A DNA stretch of 40,866 nt from a virus (IMGVR_UViG_3300031949_000831:1-40866); one strand, 5' to 3'. Shown: positions 6,688 to 17,245, numbered from the stretch's first letter. The notes: generated by a model not told the origin, from the sequence alone. Numbers and translations: made by a program.

Positions 6688-7091
6688 TTTTTCCATAACT
6701 CATCCTTGCGCGTTAAATTTTCGCAAATAATTTCCTTGACTGATTGTAACACGGGATCGCCTGTCTGTAAGACGGTTGTCAACCTCGGAGGCAGTTCTCC
6801 ATCAAAGCAAATCTCGTCATTACTAATACTTGCCTTTTCCTGTCGGCCTCTGGGAAGTTTGGCGGTCAAGCCGTCTAAACTTGATACCAATCGGTAAACC
6901 GCCGCTTGTCTCAAAACCCCGCACCAGCCCCTCTCTACTCCACAAATGGGGTCTCTATCCCAATTTTCCATCGAAACCTTAAAACAAGCTAGTTTTGTTT
7001 CAGTGGGGGCTAACAAAGCCCCTAAAGCCAAGCCACCAATAGCCAATCCCCCAACCGCTAAACCAATAATGATTAGTTTTGATCTGTCCAT
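6678..7091 (-). CDS. Membrane-anchored Cys-containing protein
   Basis: N-terminal hydrophobic helix; six Cys. Confidence 0.65.
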   Translation of the reverse strand: MDRSKLIIIGLAVGGLAIGGLALGALLAPTETKLACFKVSMENWDRDPICGVERGWCGVLRQAAVYRLVSSLDGLTAKLPRGRQEKASISNDEICFDGELPPRLTTVLQTGDPVLQSVKEIICENLTRKDELWKKCQ

Positions 7092-8377
7092 ATTTGTTTG
7101 GCTGAAGTCGAAGCCGTGGCTAAATAGGAAATGTCGGGTGTGTTATTCGGTACGCCTAATCCCGTCCTTGCAACTTTGGTGTCAAGTAAATCCAACGTCG
7201 TGAGATAAATATCCGCTCCGGTGGTAACGCAAGTCTGTACCGCTCCGGTTTGGTCGCAAGTTAAAGTCGTGTCCACGGCATTTTTTTGCAGGGTGTAGAT
7301 AAAGTGTCTCAACACCCCCGGCGTGTTTGAGGTAAAAGCGTAAAGGGCTTGAATACTCACCCCGCCACGGGTGATTTGGTCAATGCCGGTCGCCGCCGTT
7401 CCCACATTAGACCGGCCCGACCAAACTTGCCGGTAGTTTGTCGCGGTGCTTTGAGTGTTATCTGATGAGGTTGGGATAGCGTATTGTCCGTCCGTGTCGG
7501 CCGTTATGGCGAGAGAGACTGTCGGCGCAATGGTCACGGGGCCACCAGAGGGAACCGATTTGACAGTTATCCGGTCTCCGGCCGCGACGGTCACGGTATT
7601 AACAGTATCGGCGCAATCGTTATCAACAAGGATATTTATACTATCCAGTCGGCAAGTGATAGCAGTATCAACCGCATTTTTTCTAACCGTAAAATCATAC
7701 CAAGCCGTCGCTGGAGTCGTGGTTGCCGGAGCGCCGTTGCCCGCCCACAAACTATGTAGGGTCCCGCTAAAAGGAACAATCATCTGGGCGCGTTGTTCGG
7801 TTGAATAAATCGTGCTTGACTCGCCGGAGAGAGTCAGATATTCGGTTAAGGTTGTAGACAGGTTGACGTTGTTGACCGCCCCGCAGTACCAGCTCGTTTT
7901 AGGAGACATCGATTGGGAAACTAAAGTCCAGTAAACCGGCGTAGTTGCCGGGCCGCCTGAAGCCGTCGCTCTAAAGTCAACTTCAAAAGCCCGAACCGGC
8001 TGATTGGCCGGAATAAACAAATTATCCGACATATCCTCGCCGTAAGTATCGGTGCCGGAAATCGTTACCGAAAAATCAGCGTCGTCTAAATCCGATAAAC
8101 CGGAAACATTAACATCAAACGTCCAGCTTTTACCCGCCCCCGGAGCGGTGGTTAAAGTTACTTGTAAATGTTTGAAAATCGCGTCCGTCGGCACGTTGCA
8201 CCAGACCGAAACGCCAGACGCCATAAAATTACTCCCGCCCATAACGATTGCTCTGGTTTGAGAAGTGCTTAAATCTCCCGCGCCGCCGACAAGCGTGCCG
8301 CTCATCAAAACTTGTTCCATTCCCAAAGAGGAAACAGGAAACAAAATCAAAAGTAAAATGGCCAGTTTTTTAATCAT
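7073..8377 (-). CDS. Signal-peptide-bearing beta-rich virion/surface protein with three internal repeats
   Basis: MIKKLAILLLILFPVSSLG signal; repeated APG..K/W..T.RKNAVDT..TC domains. Start re-called to ATG 8377. Confidence 0.7.
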   Translation of the reverse strand: MIKKLAILLLILFPVSSLGMEQVLMSGTLVGGAGDLSTSQTRAIVMGGSNFMASGVSVWCNVPTDAIFKHLQVTLTTAPGAGKSWTFDVNVSGLSDLDDADFSVTISGTDTYGEDMSDNLFIPANQPVRAFEVDFRATASGGPATTPVYWTLVSQSMSPKTSWYCGAVNNVNLSTTLTEYLTLSGESSTIYSTEQRAQMIVPFSGTLHSLWAGNGAPATTTPATAWYDFTVRKNAVDTAITCRLDSINILVDNDCADTVNTVTVAAGDRITVKSVPSGGPVTIAPTVSLAITADTDGQYAIPTSSDNTQSTATNYRQVWSGRSNVGTAATGIDQITRGGVSIQALYAFTSNTPGVLRHFIYTLQKNAVDTTLTCDQTGAVQTCVTTGADIYLTTLDLLDTKVARTGLGVPNNTPDISYLATASTSAKQIWTDQN

Positions 8378-8545
8378 TGAGGACATATTTTACACGGGCC
8401 GGGCCGAAAGTATCTGTTTTAATATGACAATTAAAACATAACGTTGCGCCGTACTCATATATTTTATATATTCAGGGTCTTGCCATTTCTTTTTCATCAA
8501 AACACTATTAGCTAAACCAATTTTTCTCTTATGTTCTTCAGTCAT
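8370..8545 (-). pseudogene. Internally deleted NUMOD3-HNH homing endonuclease remnant
   Basis: One frame gives MTEEHKRKIGLAN...KWQDPEY (NUMOD3-like); a shifted frame gives GATLCFNCHIKTDTFG (HNH C-terminus); the catalytic core is absent. Confidence 0.7.
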
Positions 8546-8563
8546 TTTGTAATTTTTTTTGAT

Positions 8564-10861
8564 TTATACATCATCCAGCTCATATTCGATATGAATTCTA
8601 ACCACACCCGGAGTTGAAACAATCGAGTCAATATCCATATTCAAAGGAGCGTCGGCGGCGATTGTCGCGTTGCTGAAAGAAGTTGTCGTTTGAGCGTCGC
8701 TGTCACAATCAAGAGAGGTAGATAAAACATCGGTTCCGGCCGTGTTAGGCGTGGTTTCCACCCGTTCATCAAATTGAATTGTTGTCGTGCCTGTGTCAGT
8801 CGAGCAAGACACCCTCGTTAAAGTAATCGCCGTGGCAAATTTCCACTGAAGTTTTCCCGAATCGGCGGTCACTGGGGAAGTAATCGCGCCATTTGCCATT
8901 TTGTTGTAAAGTTCGTTGTCGGCTTCGATACTGTCACCAGACAGAGTCAAGGAACGTCCAGCCGCTAGATTTGTGTCGGAGGAAATGTCTATCGAGGAAG
9001 TTTGAACATAACCACTGGTCGCTTTCAAGAATCCATTAAGGGTAGTTTTTAATCTCGTCTGGCCGTCAACCGCCAAAGCATCAGAGGCGGTGGTCGTGGC
9101 GGCCGTCAAATTAAGTAAGTTGGAACCCGAGGAACCGATCCGAGTATTATCGTCTCGGAAAAATATCTCCCCCGCGCCAACTAAAAATATCTCTCGGTTA
9201 ATGGTTGTGGCGTTGGTGTGTTCGTTGATATAGAGTCCATAGGAATTCGTCAGCGAGCCGGTTACATCAACTAACGGAGTACTCATATACAGTCCATAAA
9301 AATTGACAGTGGCACTGTCCTCAATGTCAATTTGGTCAATGTTTATTCCGTATAAATCGTCTATTTCGGCGGTAGATAACCCGTTATCAAAATACTCCCG
9401 AATTTGTAACGCGCTGGCTTCATTAACTTGCGAGCCGGTGTTACTCATTTGTACCTCGGCAAAAAGAGCGGCGTTATCCGTCGCGGTCGAGTCGGCGGCG
9501 ACATTGGTGCCAAACAGCAAAGCGTGAACGGCGGCCAACATTCCGGTTTGCGGATTGATAGTGTTACCTAAGCCAGTTTGGGATTCCAAGGCGTAAAGTT
9601 TCCCCGCTCCGGGGGAGTTTTTGGTGCTGGCCAAAATATCAACCGCCACTTTATCTACTCCGGCAATCGTGTCAAAAGAAGCGTCAACGTCTATATGATT
9701 ACCCGTGGAGGAGGTTGTCGAAGCAAACGCTTGCAGTTGAGTCCAAGTATTAGAGTGGTCAACGTTTAGAGAAGCCACTACAGCTCCCGTGGTCGGTGAA
9801 ATAGTGAGAGAACCGTCAGAGTTTGAAACCGAATCCACTGCCCCTCCGACTCCGCCCTCGTCCGTGCCGCAGATAAAGACTCCCGAAGCGTCGGTGTCTA
9901 TCGTGTTACAAGATATTAGTCCATCAACCTCAAGACCTAAAGTTGATTGCAGGCCGGTCGAAACTATCCCGCCGGAGAAAGTCGAAGTAGCGGTGGAAGT
10001 ATCAAGAATTGACCCACCGGAAATGGTCAATCCAGCGTTAGAGCTTAATCCGGTTGAGCTAAACCCCCCAGAATTGGTCGAGGTCGAGGTAACGCCAATT
10101 ATCAAAGGCAAACCCAAGTAGGCATTTTCGGTGGCGGCGGTGTCATTGATTTGAAAAGCCGTTGTCGTGGCCGAAGTTCCGACACTAAAGTTAATACTGT
10201 TTTGCACTGGGTTAAAAGCAATCGTGTCAGTTGTTGTTTCCCAAAAACGGCCGAAAGTTATTCCGCCAACAACGAGATAAATAAGATCATCGCCGTCAGA
10301 CCAGAAGCCGGTATTCGCGTCTAAAGCAATTTCTACTTCAGAGTTTGAGGGATTATTTCCTGAAACTAAAAGACTGTCATCGGTTATTGTTAATATGTTG
10401 TTACCAACGGCGGTGACAGTAACCGAGGGGACTAATGTATCACCGATAGTTATGGCGTGAGTCGCGCCAGCCGTAAAATATGTCGCACCAGCGTCATCTA
10501 GGTTGCTTAAAAAAATCTGACTAGCATTGCTTTGTAAAATAAAATCATCCTCACTGGCGGTTGTGTCGGTTAACTGAAAGGTTGGAGTAGGATTTTGAAT
10601 TTCAATCGTGTCATCTTTAACCACTAAACCAAACCCAGTGGCAAAATTGGCAATTTCTACTTGGCCGTTAAAAATTGAAGTTGCCGTGCTTGTAGAAATT
10701 AGATTAGGAATTGTTATTGTAGGATAAACTCCATTTATTTTAGTCGGGAAGATCCAACTTTGTGTAGTTGAAGTCGCTGACCAGCCAGCTACAAAATCAG
10801 CCGAAGTGACAACGGGGAAAGACAAGAAAACAATTAAGCAAATAAAAATAAGGTATTTCAT
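8564..10861 (-). CDS. Tail fibre / receptor-binding-like protein with N-terminal signal peptide
   Basis: MKYLIFICLIVFLSFPVVTSA signal; Ser/Thr-rich ATST motifs; VDSVSNSDGSLTISPTTGAVVASLN and TNLAAGRSLTLSGD fibre-type repeats. Confidence 0.7.
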   Translation of the reverse strand: MKYLIFICLIVFLSFPVVTSADFVAGWSATSTTQSWIFPTKINGVYPTITIPNLISTSTATSIFNGQVEIANFATGFGLVVKDDTIEIQNPTPTFQLTDTTASEDDFILQSNASQIFLSNLDDAGATYFTAGATHAITIGDTLVPSVTVTAVGNNILTITDDSLLVSGNNPSNSEVEIALDANTGFWSDGDDLIYLVVGGITFGRFWETTTDTIAFNPVQNSINFSVGTSATTTAFQINDTAATENAYLGLPLIIGVTSTSTNSGGFSSTGLSSNAGLTISGGSILDTSTATSTFSGGIVSTGLQSTLGLEVDGLISCNTIDTDASGVFICGTDEGGVGGAVDSVSNSDGSLTISPTTGAVVASLNVDHSNTWTQLQAFASTTSSTGNHIDVDASFDTIAGVDKVAVDILASTKNSPGAGKLYALESQTGLGNTINPQTGMLAAVHALLFGTNVAADSTATDNAALFAEVQMSNTGSQVNEASALQIREYFDNGLSTAEIDDLYGINIDQIDIEDSATVNFYGLYMSTPLVDVTGSLTNSYGLYINEHTNATTINREIFLVGAGEIFFRDDNTRIGSSGSNLLNLTAATTTASDALAVDGQTRLKTTLNGFLKATSGYVQTSSIDISSDTNLAAGRSLTLSGDSIEADNELYNKMANGAITSPVTADSGKLQWKFATAITLTRVSCSTDTGTTTIQFDERVETTPNTAGTDVLSTSLDCDSDAQTTTSFSNATIAADAPLNMDIDSIVSTPGVVRIHIEYELDDV

Positions 10862-11628
10862 ACTCCAAAAATATCAAAATTAGGAGCGATTGATAATGTA
10901 ACAGTTGTAGTTCCTGTCCAGTTAGCTGTTCCATCGCTGTTGGTTTTTCTCATTGGTCTACCATCTACTACGATAAAATTTGGCTCGACGCTGAAATCAA
11001 ATGTAGCATTGCTTCCATCAACAGTTCCGGTTGCGGTTAAAACTGGAGCGCCGCCTGAAGCAGACAAAGTTATATCTACCCTCTTATTCGTGTTATCATC
11101 TGCGGAACTTAAAGAAACTCCAGTTCCCGCTTTCAAATTCACATCGGTATATCGAGTTAAGACATCTGTCCCATCTACTCGTATCTGGCGGTTAATATTT
11201 CCACCACGAGGAATCATCAACAAAATACTATCTTTCCATTTTTCTAAAACAATTAAGACATCTTTCAGTTCTTTTTCAGTTTTAGACTGACCATCATTGA
11301 GTCGAGATAATTCATCATCAACCCGACCAGACAGAGTTTTTAGCTTAGTCCGCGTCTCTATTAACTGTTCAAGATAATTTTTTTTTATTTCCGATAGAGC
11401 ATCTTTGTTGGGTAAATTTTCAATTTTAGAAATGATGTCGTTTCTCAATGATTGGAGATTATATTGAAGTTCGGCAATAGCATTAGAATAATCTTTTATT
11501 TCCGCCAATCGAGAGGACAAATCTTTTATTTCATCCTCTAATCCGCCGACTAAAAGTTCCGGTTTGTCAGCCGGACTGATGGTTGCCAACAAACGGCGGA
11601 GTCTTTGTTTTTGAAGTTTATTAGGCAT
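10858..11628 (-). CDS. Virion-associated protein (coiled coil + beta C-terminus)
   Basis: Heptad N-terminus; NLKAGTGVSLS and TGTVDGSNATF motifs seen in tail proteins. Confidence 0.6.
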   Translation of the reverse strand: MPNKLQKQRLRRLLATISPADKPELLVGGLEDEIKDLSSRLAEIKDYSNAIAELQYNLQSLRNDIISKIENLPNKDALSEIKKNYLEQLIETRTKLKTLSGRVDDELSRLNDGQSKTEKELKDVLIVLEKWKDSILLMIPRGGNINRQIRVDGTDVLTRYTDVNLKAGTGVSLSSADDNTNKRVDITLSASGGAPVLTATGTVDGSNATFDFSVEPNFIVVDGRPMRKTNSDGTANWTGTTTVTLSIAPNFDIFGV

Positions 11629-11998
11629 TTAAAGCTTCTTTTATAGACTTCCGTATTCCTTCCATTTCTTTTTTAATGTCGTCTTTTATTTCTTTACGCA
11701 ACTCGTGTATCTTTTTGTCAAAATCGCCTAATTTAGTCTCCATTTCTTTGACCCTAGTATCTTCCACAGACTCTGGGGTTTTTGTCGTTTCTGGTGCAGT
11801 TTTGGGCTCTTGGAACGTCCCCTCGACTGGTTTTTCCTCGGTTTGAGGTTCAGTCGGGGCTTGATTAAACCCAAACATCTTTTCTGATAAATAAGTGGCA
11901 TAAGCCAGAGCCGCCGCCGCTTGGTCGGCGGTCATCCCGCCAGTAGTTTGTTCCTCTGGCGGGGTAATGGCTGTGGGTTGATCTATTTGCGGGGGCAT
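11621..11998 (-). CDS. Hypothetical protein
   Basis: Pro/Thr/Glu-rich with a C-terminal coiled coil; within the late operon. Confidence 0.65.
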   Translation of the reverse strand: MPPQIDQPTAITPPEEQTTGGMTADQAAAALAYATYLSEKMFGFNQAPTEPQTEEKPVEGTFQEPKTAPETTKTPESVEDTRVKEMETKLGDFDKKIHELRKEIKDDIKKEMEGIRKSIKEALNA

Positions 11999-11999
11999 A

Positions 12000-13451
12000 T
12001 TATTTATTTTGTTGTTGATCTATAATATCTCCGACTTTTTTAGCTCCGCGTCTGCCGATAAATTCCAATCCTTCACCGGTTCGATATAAAATCTTGCCAC
12101 CGATTGTCGCCACAGGAGTAATCGCTTTATTCATTATAAACTCCCAGATATTTCTAGTGATTCCTCTAGTGGCCGGATCGTGCATAGATTTTATACCGGC
12201 TTTCTCAATGCTTTTGAGATTACCATAATCAATGTAGGCTTGTTTGCCATCTTTACCAACATATTTGTAAATAACTTCACGGGCTTTTCGGGTGGCAATA
12301 TCTTGAACTCTTTTTAGTGCTCCACCGATAGGTTTTCCTTTATAGACTGATTCCGGCAAAAACTCCGCCCAGGCCTCCTTATATTCTTGCAGTTTAGTTA
12401 AACCGATTTTACCAACCTTATTATATGGCTCAACAAAGGCGTCAAACGCTTCCAACATTTGATTTTTCTTTATACCAGTCGTCTCTTTCAAAACTTCTTT
12501 TCTGACTAAAGACAAAAAGTTTTTCATTCCTACCTCTCCTTTTACCGCTTGAAGTTTGGGCGCAACAATTCCCGTCCATAAATCATTAGCCGCTCTTTTG
12601 GCTTTGACTCCCAGACCCCATTCTGTGCCAGTTAAGCCATAACGGGCAGCGGTTTCGGCGGGAGTTATAGGTGGCAAACCGGTTTCTGTTTCTGCGCGAG
12701 TCAAAAGGTTTTTAATTCGACCAAATAGAGTGGGCCGTTGAGCTTCGTATGCTTGCATTATCAAACGAGTGCTTTCTTCAGGGACAACAGTTAAACCATA
12801 AGCGGCTTTTCCGGCGCCTTTTAATCCAGTGCCAGCAGTTTCTATCGCTTTGCCAGTAACTCCAATAACTGCCTTAGGAGCTTGACCAGCAAGTTTAAAT
12901 GATTGTTCTAGTGCTTTTTGGGCCGGTTTTTCTCCCATAAGAGTAAGTAGAATGTTAGCTGAATCAGCAATATCACCCGCCCGTTCAGGATTTTTCTCGG
13001 CAAATGCCTGCCACTTTTCAGCAATAGGAGTTAAAATATTAGATAATCCTTCGTTGATTTTGTCCAAAGTTGCCGAGACTTCTGGCTTTGAAGCGAATCT
13101 TTGCATAGATTCAATATCAGAAAGCCCCTCAGTAATTCCTCTAAATGGAGCCTCAAAAGCTGTTTCTATAACATTACCGACGGTTCGTAATCCGGCGCGA
13201 CCGAATTGTTTTAATTGACCTGGTAAGGTTGGTTCTCGATTAGCTTTTTCGGCCTGAATTTGAATATCAGAAACGGTTTTTCTCGATCCCTCAAGATAAG
13301 ATTCTTTAGCTCCTCTGGCAAAACCACCAAAAAATTGCTGGAAAACATTTTGGGGTTTCTTCGGGGTTGCCCCTGTCGCTGGAGTTGGAGCATTAGCTAC
13401 CCCAATGGAGTATTTTTTTCTAAAGTCCTGAATTTGTTGTGGGGTAAGCAT
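12000..13451 (-). CDS. Putative internal virion / DNA ejection protein
   Basis: Helical Ala/Gly/Lys-rich protein in the position of podovirus ejection genes. Start re-called to ATG 13451. Confidence 0.6.
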   Translation of the reverse strand: MLTPQQIQDFRKKYSIGVANAPTPATGATPKKPQNVFQQFFGGFARGAKESYLEGSRKTVSDIQIQAEKANREPTLPGQLKQFGRAGLRTVGNVIETAFEAPFRGITEGLSDIESMQRFASKPEVSATLDKINEGLSNILTPIAEKWQAFAEKNPERAGDIADSANILLTLMGEKPAQKALEQSFKLAGQAPKAVIGVTGKAIETAGTGLKGAGKAAYGLTVVPEESTRLIMQAYEAQRPTLFGRIKNLLTRAETETGLPPITPAETAARYGLTGTEWGLGVKAKRAANDLWTGIVAPKLQAVKGEVGMKNFLSLVRKEVLKETTGIKKNQMLEAFDAFVEPYNKVGKIGLTKLQEYKEAWAEFLPESVYKGKPIGGALKRVQDIATRKAREVIYKYVGKDGKQAYIDYGNLKSIEKAGIKSMHDPATRGITRNIWEFIMNKAITPVATIGGKILYRTGEGLEFIGRRGAKKVGDIIDQQQNK

Positions 13452-13452
13452 T

Positions 13453-15387
13453 TTATTGAATAATAATGGAGATAATATCGTCAACGCTGAAGTCGGGGTT
13501 ATCTTCGATCATTTGCCTGATCTGTGGATTAAGGGCAATTTTTTGCTCAATGTAAATTCTTTGCAAATCTCTCAAAGAGTTAAGGCTATATGGTGAATAG
13601 TCTCCGTATTGGGAAGCCAAACTAGAGTAACGATCATCAAGTGTTATTTCAATGTTCTGTTTTAGTGTTTGGATACCAGCTTCGGTGGCAGATTTCACGC
13701 CAGACAGCTTTTTGGACAGAGGAATAAAGCCGAAAAGTTTTGGCGCCTTAGTAGGATTGGGCATAATTCCCTCCAAAACTTCCAAATCGGGGCCATTGAG
13801 TACGCCGAGGTTAAAGAATTCTTTTAGGTTAAGCAGGGTTGTTTGATATTTCGTCGCTAATTCACCTTTCTTTTTTCCTGGAAGAGACTGTAAACCATAT
13901 TTGTGAAATGATTCCTCAAAATCAAGCAAAAACTGGAGGGAATCTTGACTTTTCCTGATTGTTTTGTAGGCATCGTTGCTTACTAACTCTTTATTTATTT
14001 TTAATGCTTCTTGGGGTTTTAGTACTACCTTACCGCCAGTATCAACCATAATCGTTCCGTTATCTTCTCTTTCAGCAATTTGGCTGTAAAGATTAGCAAT
14101 TTGGACTCGTTTGTATTCTAAATCAAGTTGTTCTTCTTCGGTTGGCGGGGCGGGCGGCAAACTAGCCAATCTCTGCAATCCGCCTGACCCTAACCCTAAA
14201 CTTTGCTCGGCATAAGCCAAGCCGTAAGAGTCGTTACCAATAGCGGCTAACACACCCTGTGGGCCAAAGTTATCAAGAAGTTTCTGATAACTAGCCCGAG
14301 CATTATTCTGCATTCGATTTTGATAATCCACCATCTGAAAGCCGAAATTCATCATCCGATCGAAACGGGAATCTAGTTCTTTCCTGTCTTGTGCTTCTAA
14401 ACCAATCAAAGTATTCACATAATCCGCTTTTTGGTTACGAGTATCTAAAAGGGTGTTGTAGTTTTTTATTAGTTGCTTGTTGCGCGCGTTGGTTAAAGCC
14501 AATACTTGACTATCGGTGGCAAACCCACCAGCTTTTGTGACTTCATTACGAATGTCATCTTCCGTGCCCTCGATGACATTCTTCATATTCAATAACTCGG
14601 TGTCTAATGACTCCAGACCGGATTCAGCCAAGAGATTTTTGTATTCTTGGGTCAAAGACGTCCTTTGATTTGATGGAGACATATACTCTCTCCAAGTAGT
14701 CATCAACTCTTGGAAAAATGGATCAGCCGGAGCCGACGCGGCCGCTAAATCTATCTGGGTTGGCTCTTTAATTTGCGCCTGTGGTGGCAAAGACGAACCA
14801 ATTGCCTGCCGTGCCGCGCCAGCATCATTTAAATTAACTCCCTGTGGAGCGCCGCGCTGAAATGTCTGACGGTATCTATCTAGGGTTTGGCCAAAACCTT
14901 GCAATGTTCCAGTTAATTGCTGACGCTGTTGTGGAGTTAAGGCCCCCAAGTTAGATTGTTGCAATTGAGCGAGAGTCTGCTGAATACCAGCTAGAGGTTG
15001 CGCTCCACCAGTGTAAAAAGTAGGGGACACGGTTTGGGGTGAAGGTTGAGACGTATCCACTCCATCAGAAGCACCGCCAGAAATTCCACCTTGCCCCATA
15101 GATTGCTCCCCTCCACCAAGTAATTGAATGTAATTCAAATTAAAAGTTTCTTTGGGGTCTCTAACTGTAACCGTCTCGCCGGTATCGAGTCTTTTTAATT
15201 GTGTTCCTAGTTTGAATCTCCCATAACCGGTGCCGATTGTCGTATCAAAACCAGCAAACGCCGGGGAATTAGTAATCCCCGATTGCATAAAAGCGTAAGG
15301 GTTTTCATTTGACTGCTCCCTTAATTCCCCCTGTGGATATGGGATTCCCGTGCCGACGTAACTGCTTGGATCGTTAGGATTTGGCAT
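13453..15387 (-). CDS. Putative internal virion / DNA ejection protein
   Basis: Gln-rich coiled coil, C-terminal LKEFFNLGVLNGPDLEVL segment; follows the tail tube genes. Confidence 0.6.
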   Translation of the reverse strand: MPNPNDPSSYVGTGIPYPQGELREQSNENPYAFMQSGITNSPAFAGFDTTIGTGYGRFKLGTQLKRLDTGETVTVRDPKETFNLNYIQLLGGGEQSMGQGGISGGASDGVDTSQPSPQTVSPTFYTGGAQPLAGIQQTLAQLQQSNLGALTPQQRQQLTGTLQGFGQTLDRYRQTFQRGAPQGVNLNDAGAARQAIGSSLPPQAQIKEPTQIDLAAASAPADPFFQELMTTWREYMSPSNQRTSLTQEYKNLLAESGLESLDTELLNMKNVIEGTEDDIRNEVTKAGGFATDSQVLALTNARNKQLIKNYNTLLDTRNQKADYVNTLIGLEAQDRKELDSRFDRMMNFGFQMVDYQNRMQNNARASYQKLLDNFGPQGVLAAIGNDSYGLAYAEQSLGLGSGGLQRLASLPPAPPTEEEQLDLEYKRVQIANLYSQIAEREDNGTIMVDTGGKVVLKPQEALKINKELVSNDAYKTIRKSQDSLQFLLDFEESFHKYGLQSLPGKKKGELATKYQTTLLNLKEFFNLGVLNGPDLEVLEGIMPNPTKAPKLFGFIPLSKKLSGVKSATEAGIQTLKQNIEITLDDRYSSLASQYGDYSPYSLNSLRDLQRIYIEQKIALNPQIRQMIEDNPDFSVDDIISIIIQ

Positions 15388-15399
15388 ATTTTAATTGTA

Positions 15400-15660
15400 T
15401 CACGCGGCACCACCCGTGGCGTCCACCCAAGTTGAACCATCCCACCACACAGGTTGTCCTAAAGTAGTATCGAAAAACATTAAACCAGTAATTGAACTCG
15501 TCGGACGAGAAGTGGTAATGCCGTTTTGGGTTAAAAATTTTCTGCTGACAGGAGCATACCCTTCCGTCGGTGTATCTGTTGTTTTGTGCGCCGTAAAACT
15601 GATTGCCGCCCTAATCTTGTCGCCTATTAATTTTTTTATTTGTTCTTCAGTCATTGACAT
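15400..15660 (-). CDS. Small tail-associated protein
   Basis: GITTSRPTSSITGLMFFDTTLGQPVWWDGSTWVDATG is a common tail fibre/spike module. Confidence 0.75.
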   Translation of the reverse strand: MSMTEEQIKKLIGDKIRAAISFTAHKTTDTPTEGYAPVSRKFLTQNGITTSRPTSSITGLMFFDTTLGQPVWWDGSTWVDATGGAA

Positions 15661-17245
15661 CTTGATAGTCTATTTCAACCTTTTTGAAAGTCATATTTTT
15701 CGTTCCAGTGTTGGTAACTCTTAACGCCAAAGTATAGACCGGTTTGATCGCTGGGTTATACTTACTTCTTTCATCTCCTGCCGTGACTGGTGCTGAACCG
15801 ACAGTAAAGGTTTTTGTTGAATTAGTAATAACAGTTCCATCTGAACCAATTAAATCGCATTGCCAACCATTATTAGCCACCAATGGCTCGTGATAAAATC
15901 TGACCTCTTTAACCAGACTCTTCTTGGAGAAAAGCTGGGTTTGAGTCTCATACACTCCGCCAATAGCTGTGCCAGTTGTCGTTGGGATGTTAAAGAATTT
16001 ATACAATTTGTAATCAGTTGTTGGGGCTGATGAAGTTTCTAGTGTTGAAAAATACATTTTTCCGTTGCCGACAACATTTCCCGCGTAGCCATTTGAAGAT
16101 GAGCCAATCACTAAGTTAGAAACGAGTAACTGAAATGGAATACGGACGATATCAGTTTCCGTGTCAGTGGCCGCAAAATTAAATTGACGCCACCAACCAT
16201 CTGTTACCTCACGATCGAGAGACCCGAAAAGAAATAAAGAACTCTTAAGAACACCGGAAACTGGATCACGTTCGGGAGTGACCCAACCGATGAGATTGCC
16301 GTTTGATCCCACCGCGTTTGGTAAAGGCGCTTGAGCTAAAGGCAGTGATAGTATTTTTTCAGTTGGCGCGAAGACGGTCGCCCCGGCAAGATCATAACCA
16401 AAAGTGAATTGTCTGGAACCGAAAAGATGACTGGCATTGATGGAAAATGACGGGAACGAAACAAACGAGGTGTAACCAGCATCAGTTCCATTCCAACCAA
16501 AAATATACGATTCGGCGTTAGAAAGAAACGTCGTATCTTCTGTTGTCGAAGTTATATCAGGTAAAGCCAAGCGGGATACAACCATTTCTAAATAATTACC
16601 GTCTACCGAAGTATCAGTATCTCTGATTTCGGTATTGATGGGAAATTCCGGTGATAATTTAGAATAAGTTGACACTGTTGCCGTTGAATCAATTTCTGCT
16701 AATTTAGTGCCGTTGCCAGCATATAACTTACCAGCAAATTGTTTTAACGGTCGTGGAACAGTTTGTGTCCAAGAACCAGCCACCCCCACGACAGTCTCAT
16801 TTGCTCCGCTAAAATCTATTCTAGTTACGCCTTTATCGTGTCCGATATATATTCTTTCTGTCGCGCCAAAGAAATCCATTGAACCACCTCTGGTGAAAGT
16901 CGGCGAACCAGAACTAATTGTCGCCAAAAGAACAGGATTATCATAATTCGGATTGTAGGTTGTTGGGTCATTCACCTGTATCTTGTACAAACGTCCAAGA
17001 TGTCCGATGGCGTAAACATAAGAAATACCAGACTCGACTCGTTCCTTACCGGCAATGATTAAATCGGTGATAACGGTTCCGCCACTATCTACTCTGGTCG
17101 CCGTTTCCATCCAAGTTAAATTAGCGGGCTTGGAAAAAGGATCATAACCGAAAGCCGTGGCGTATTTGGCAAAACCAGAGTTTATATCCCCATTTACGTA
17201 ACGGGTTAATCGTCCACCGAAATTATTGATAGTTAAAGTAGGCAA
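15647..17245 (-). CDS. Tail tubular B / nozzle-like beta-propeller protein
   Basis: TINNFGG N-terminus, beta-rich, ~530 aa, podovirus tail position; TTG start. Confidence 0.65.
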   Translation of the reverse strand: MPTLTINNFGGRLTRYVNGDINSGFAKYATAFGYDPFSKPANLTWMETATRVDSGGTVITDLIIAGKERVESGISYVYAIGHLGRLYKIQVNDPTTYNPNYDNPVLLATISSGSPTFTRGGSMDFFGATERIYIGHDKGVTRIDFSGANETVVGVAGSWTQTVPRPLKQFAGKLYAGNGTKLAEIDSTATVSTYSKLSPEFPINTEIRDTDTSVDGNYLEMVVSRLALPDITSTTEDTTFLSNAESYIFGWNGTDAGYTSFVSFPSFSINASHLFGSRQFTFGYDLAGATVFAPTEKILSLPLAQAPLPNAVGSNGNLIGWVTPERDPVSGVLKSSLFLFGSLDREVTDGWWRQFNFAATDTETDIVRIPFQLLVSNLVIGSSSNGYAGNVVGNGKMYFSTLETSSAPTTDYKLYKFFNIPTTTGTAIGGVYETQTQLFSKKSLVKEVRFYHEPLVANNGWQCDLIGSDGTVITNSTKTFTVGSAPVTAGDERSKYNPAIKPVYTLALRVTNTGTKNMTFKKVEIDYQDVND

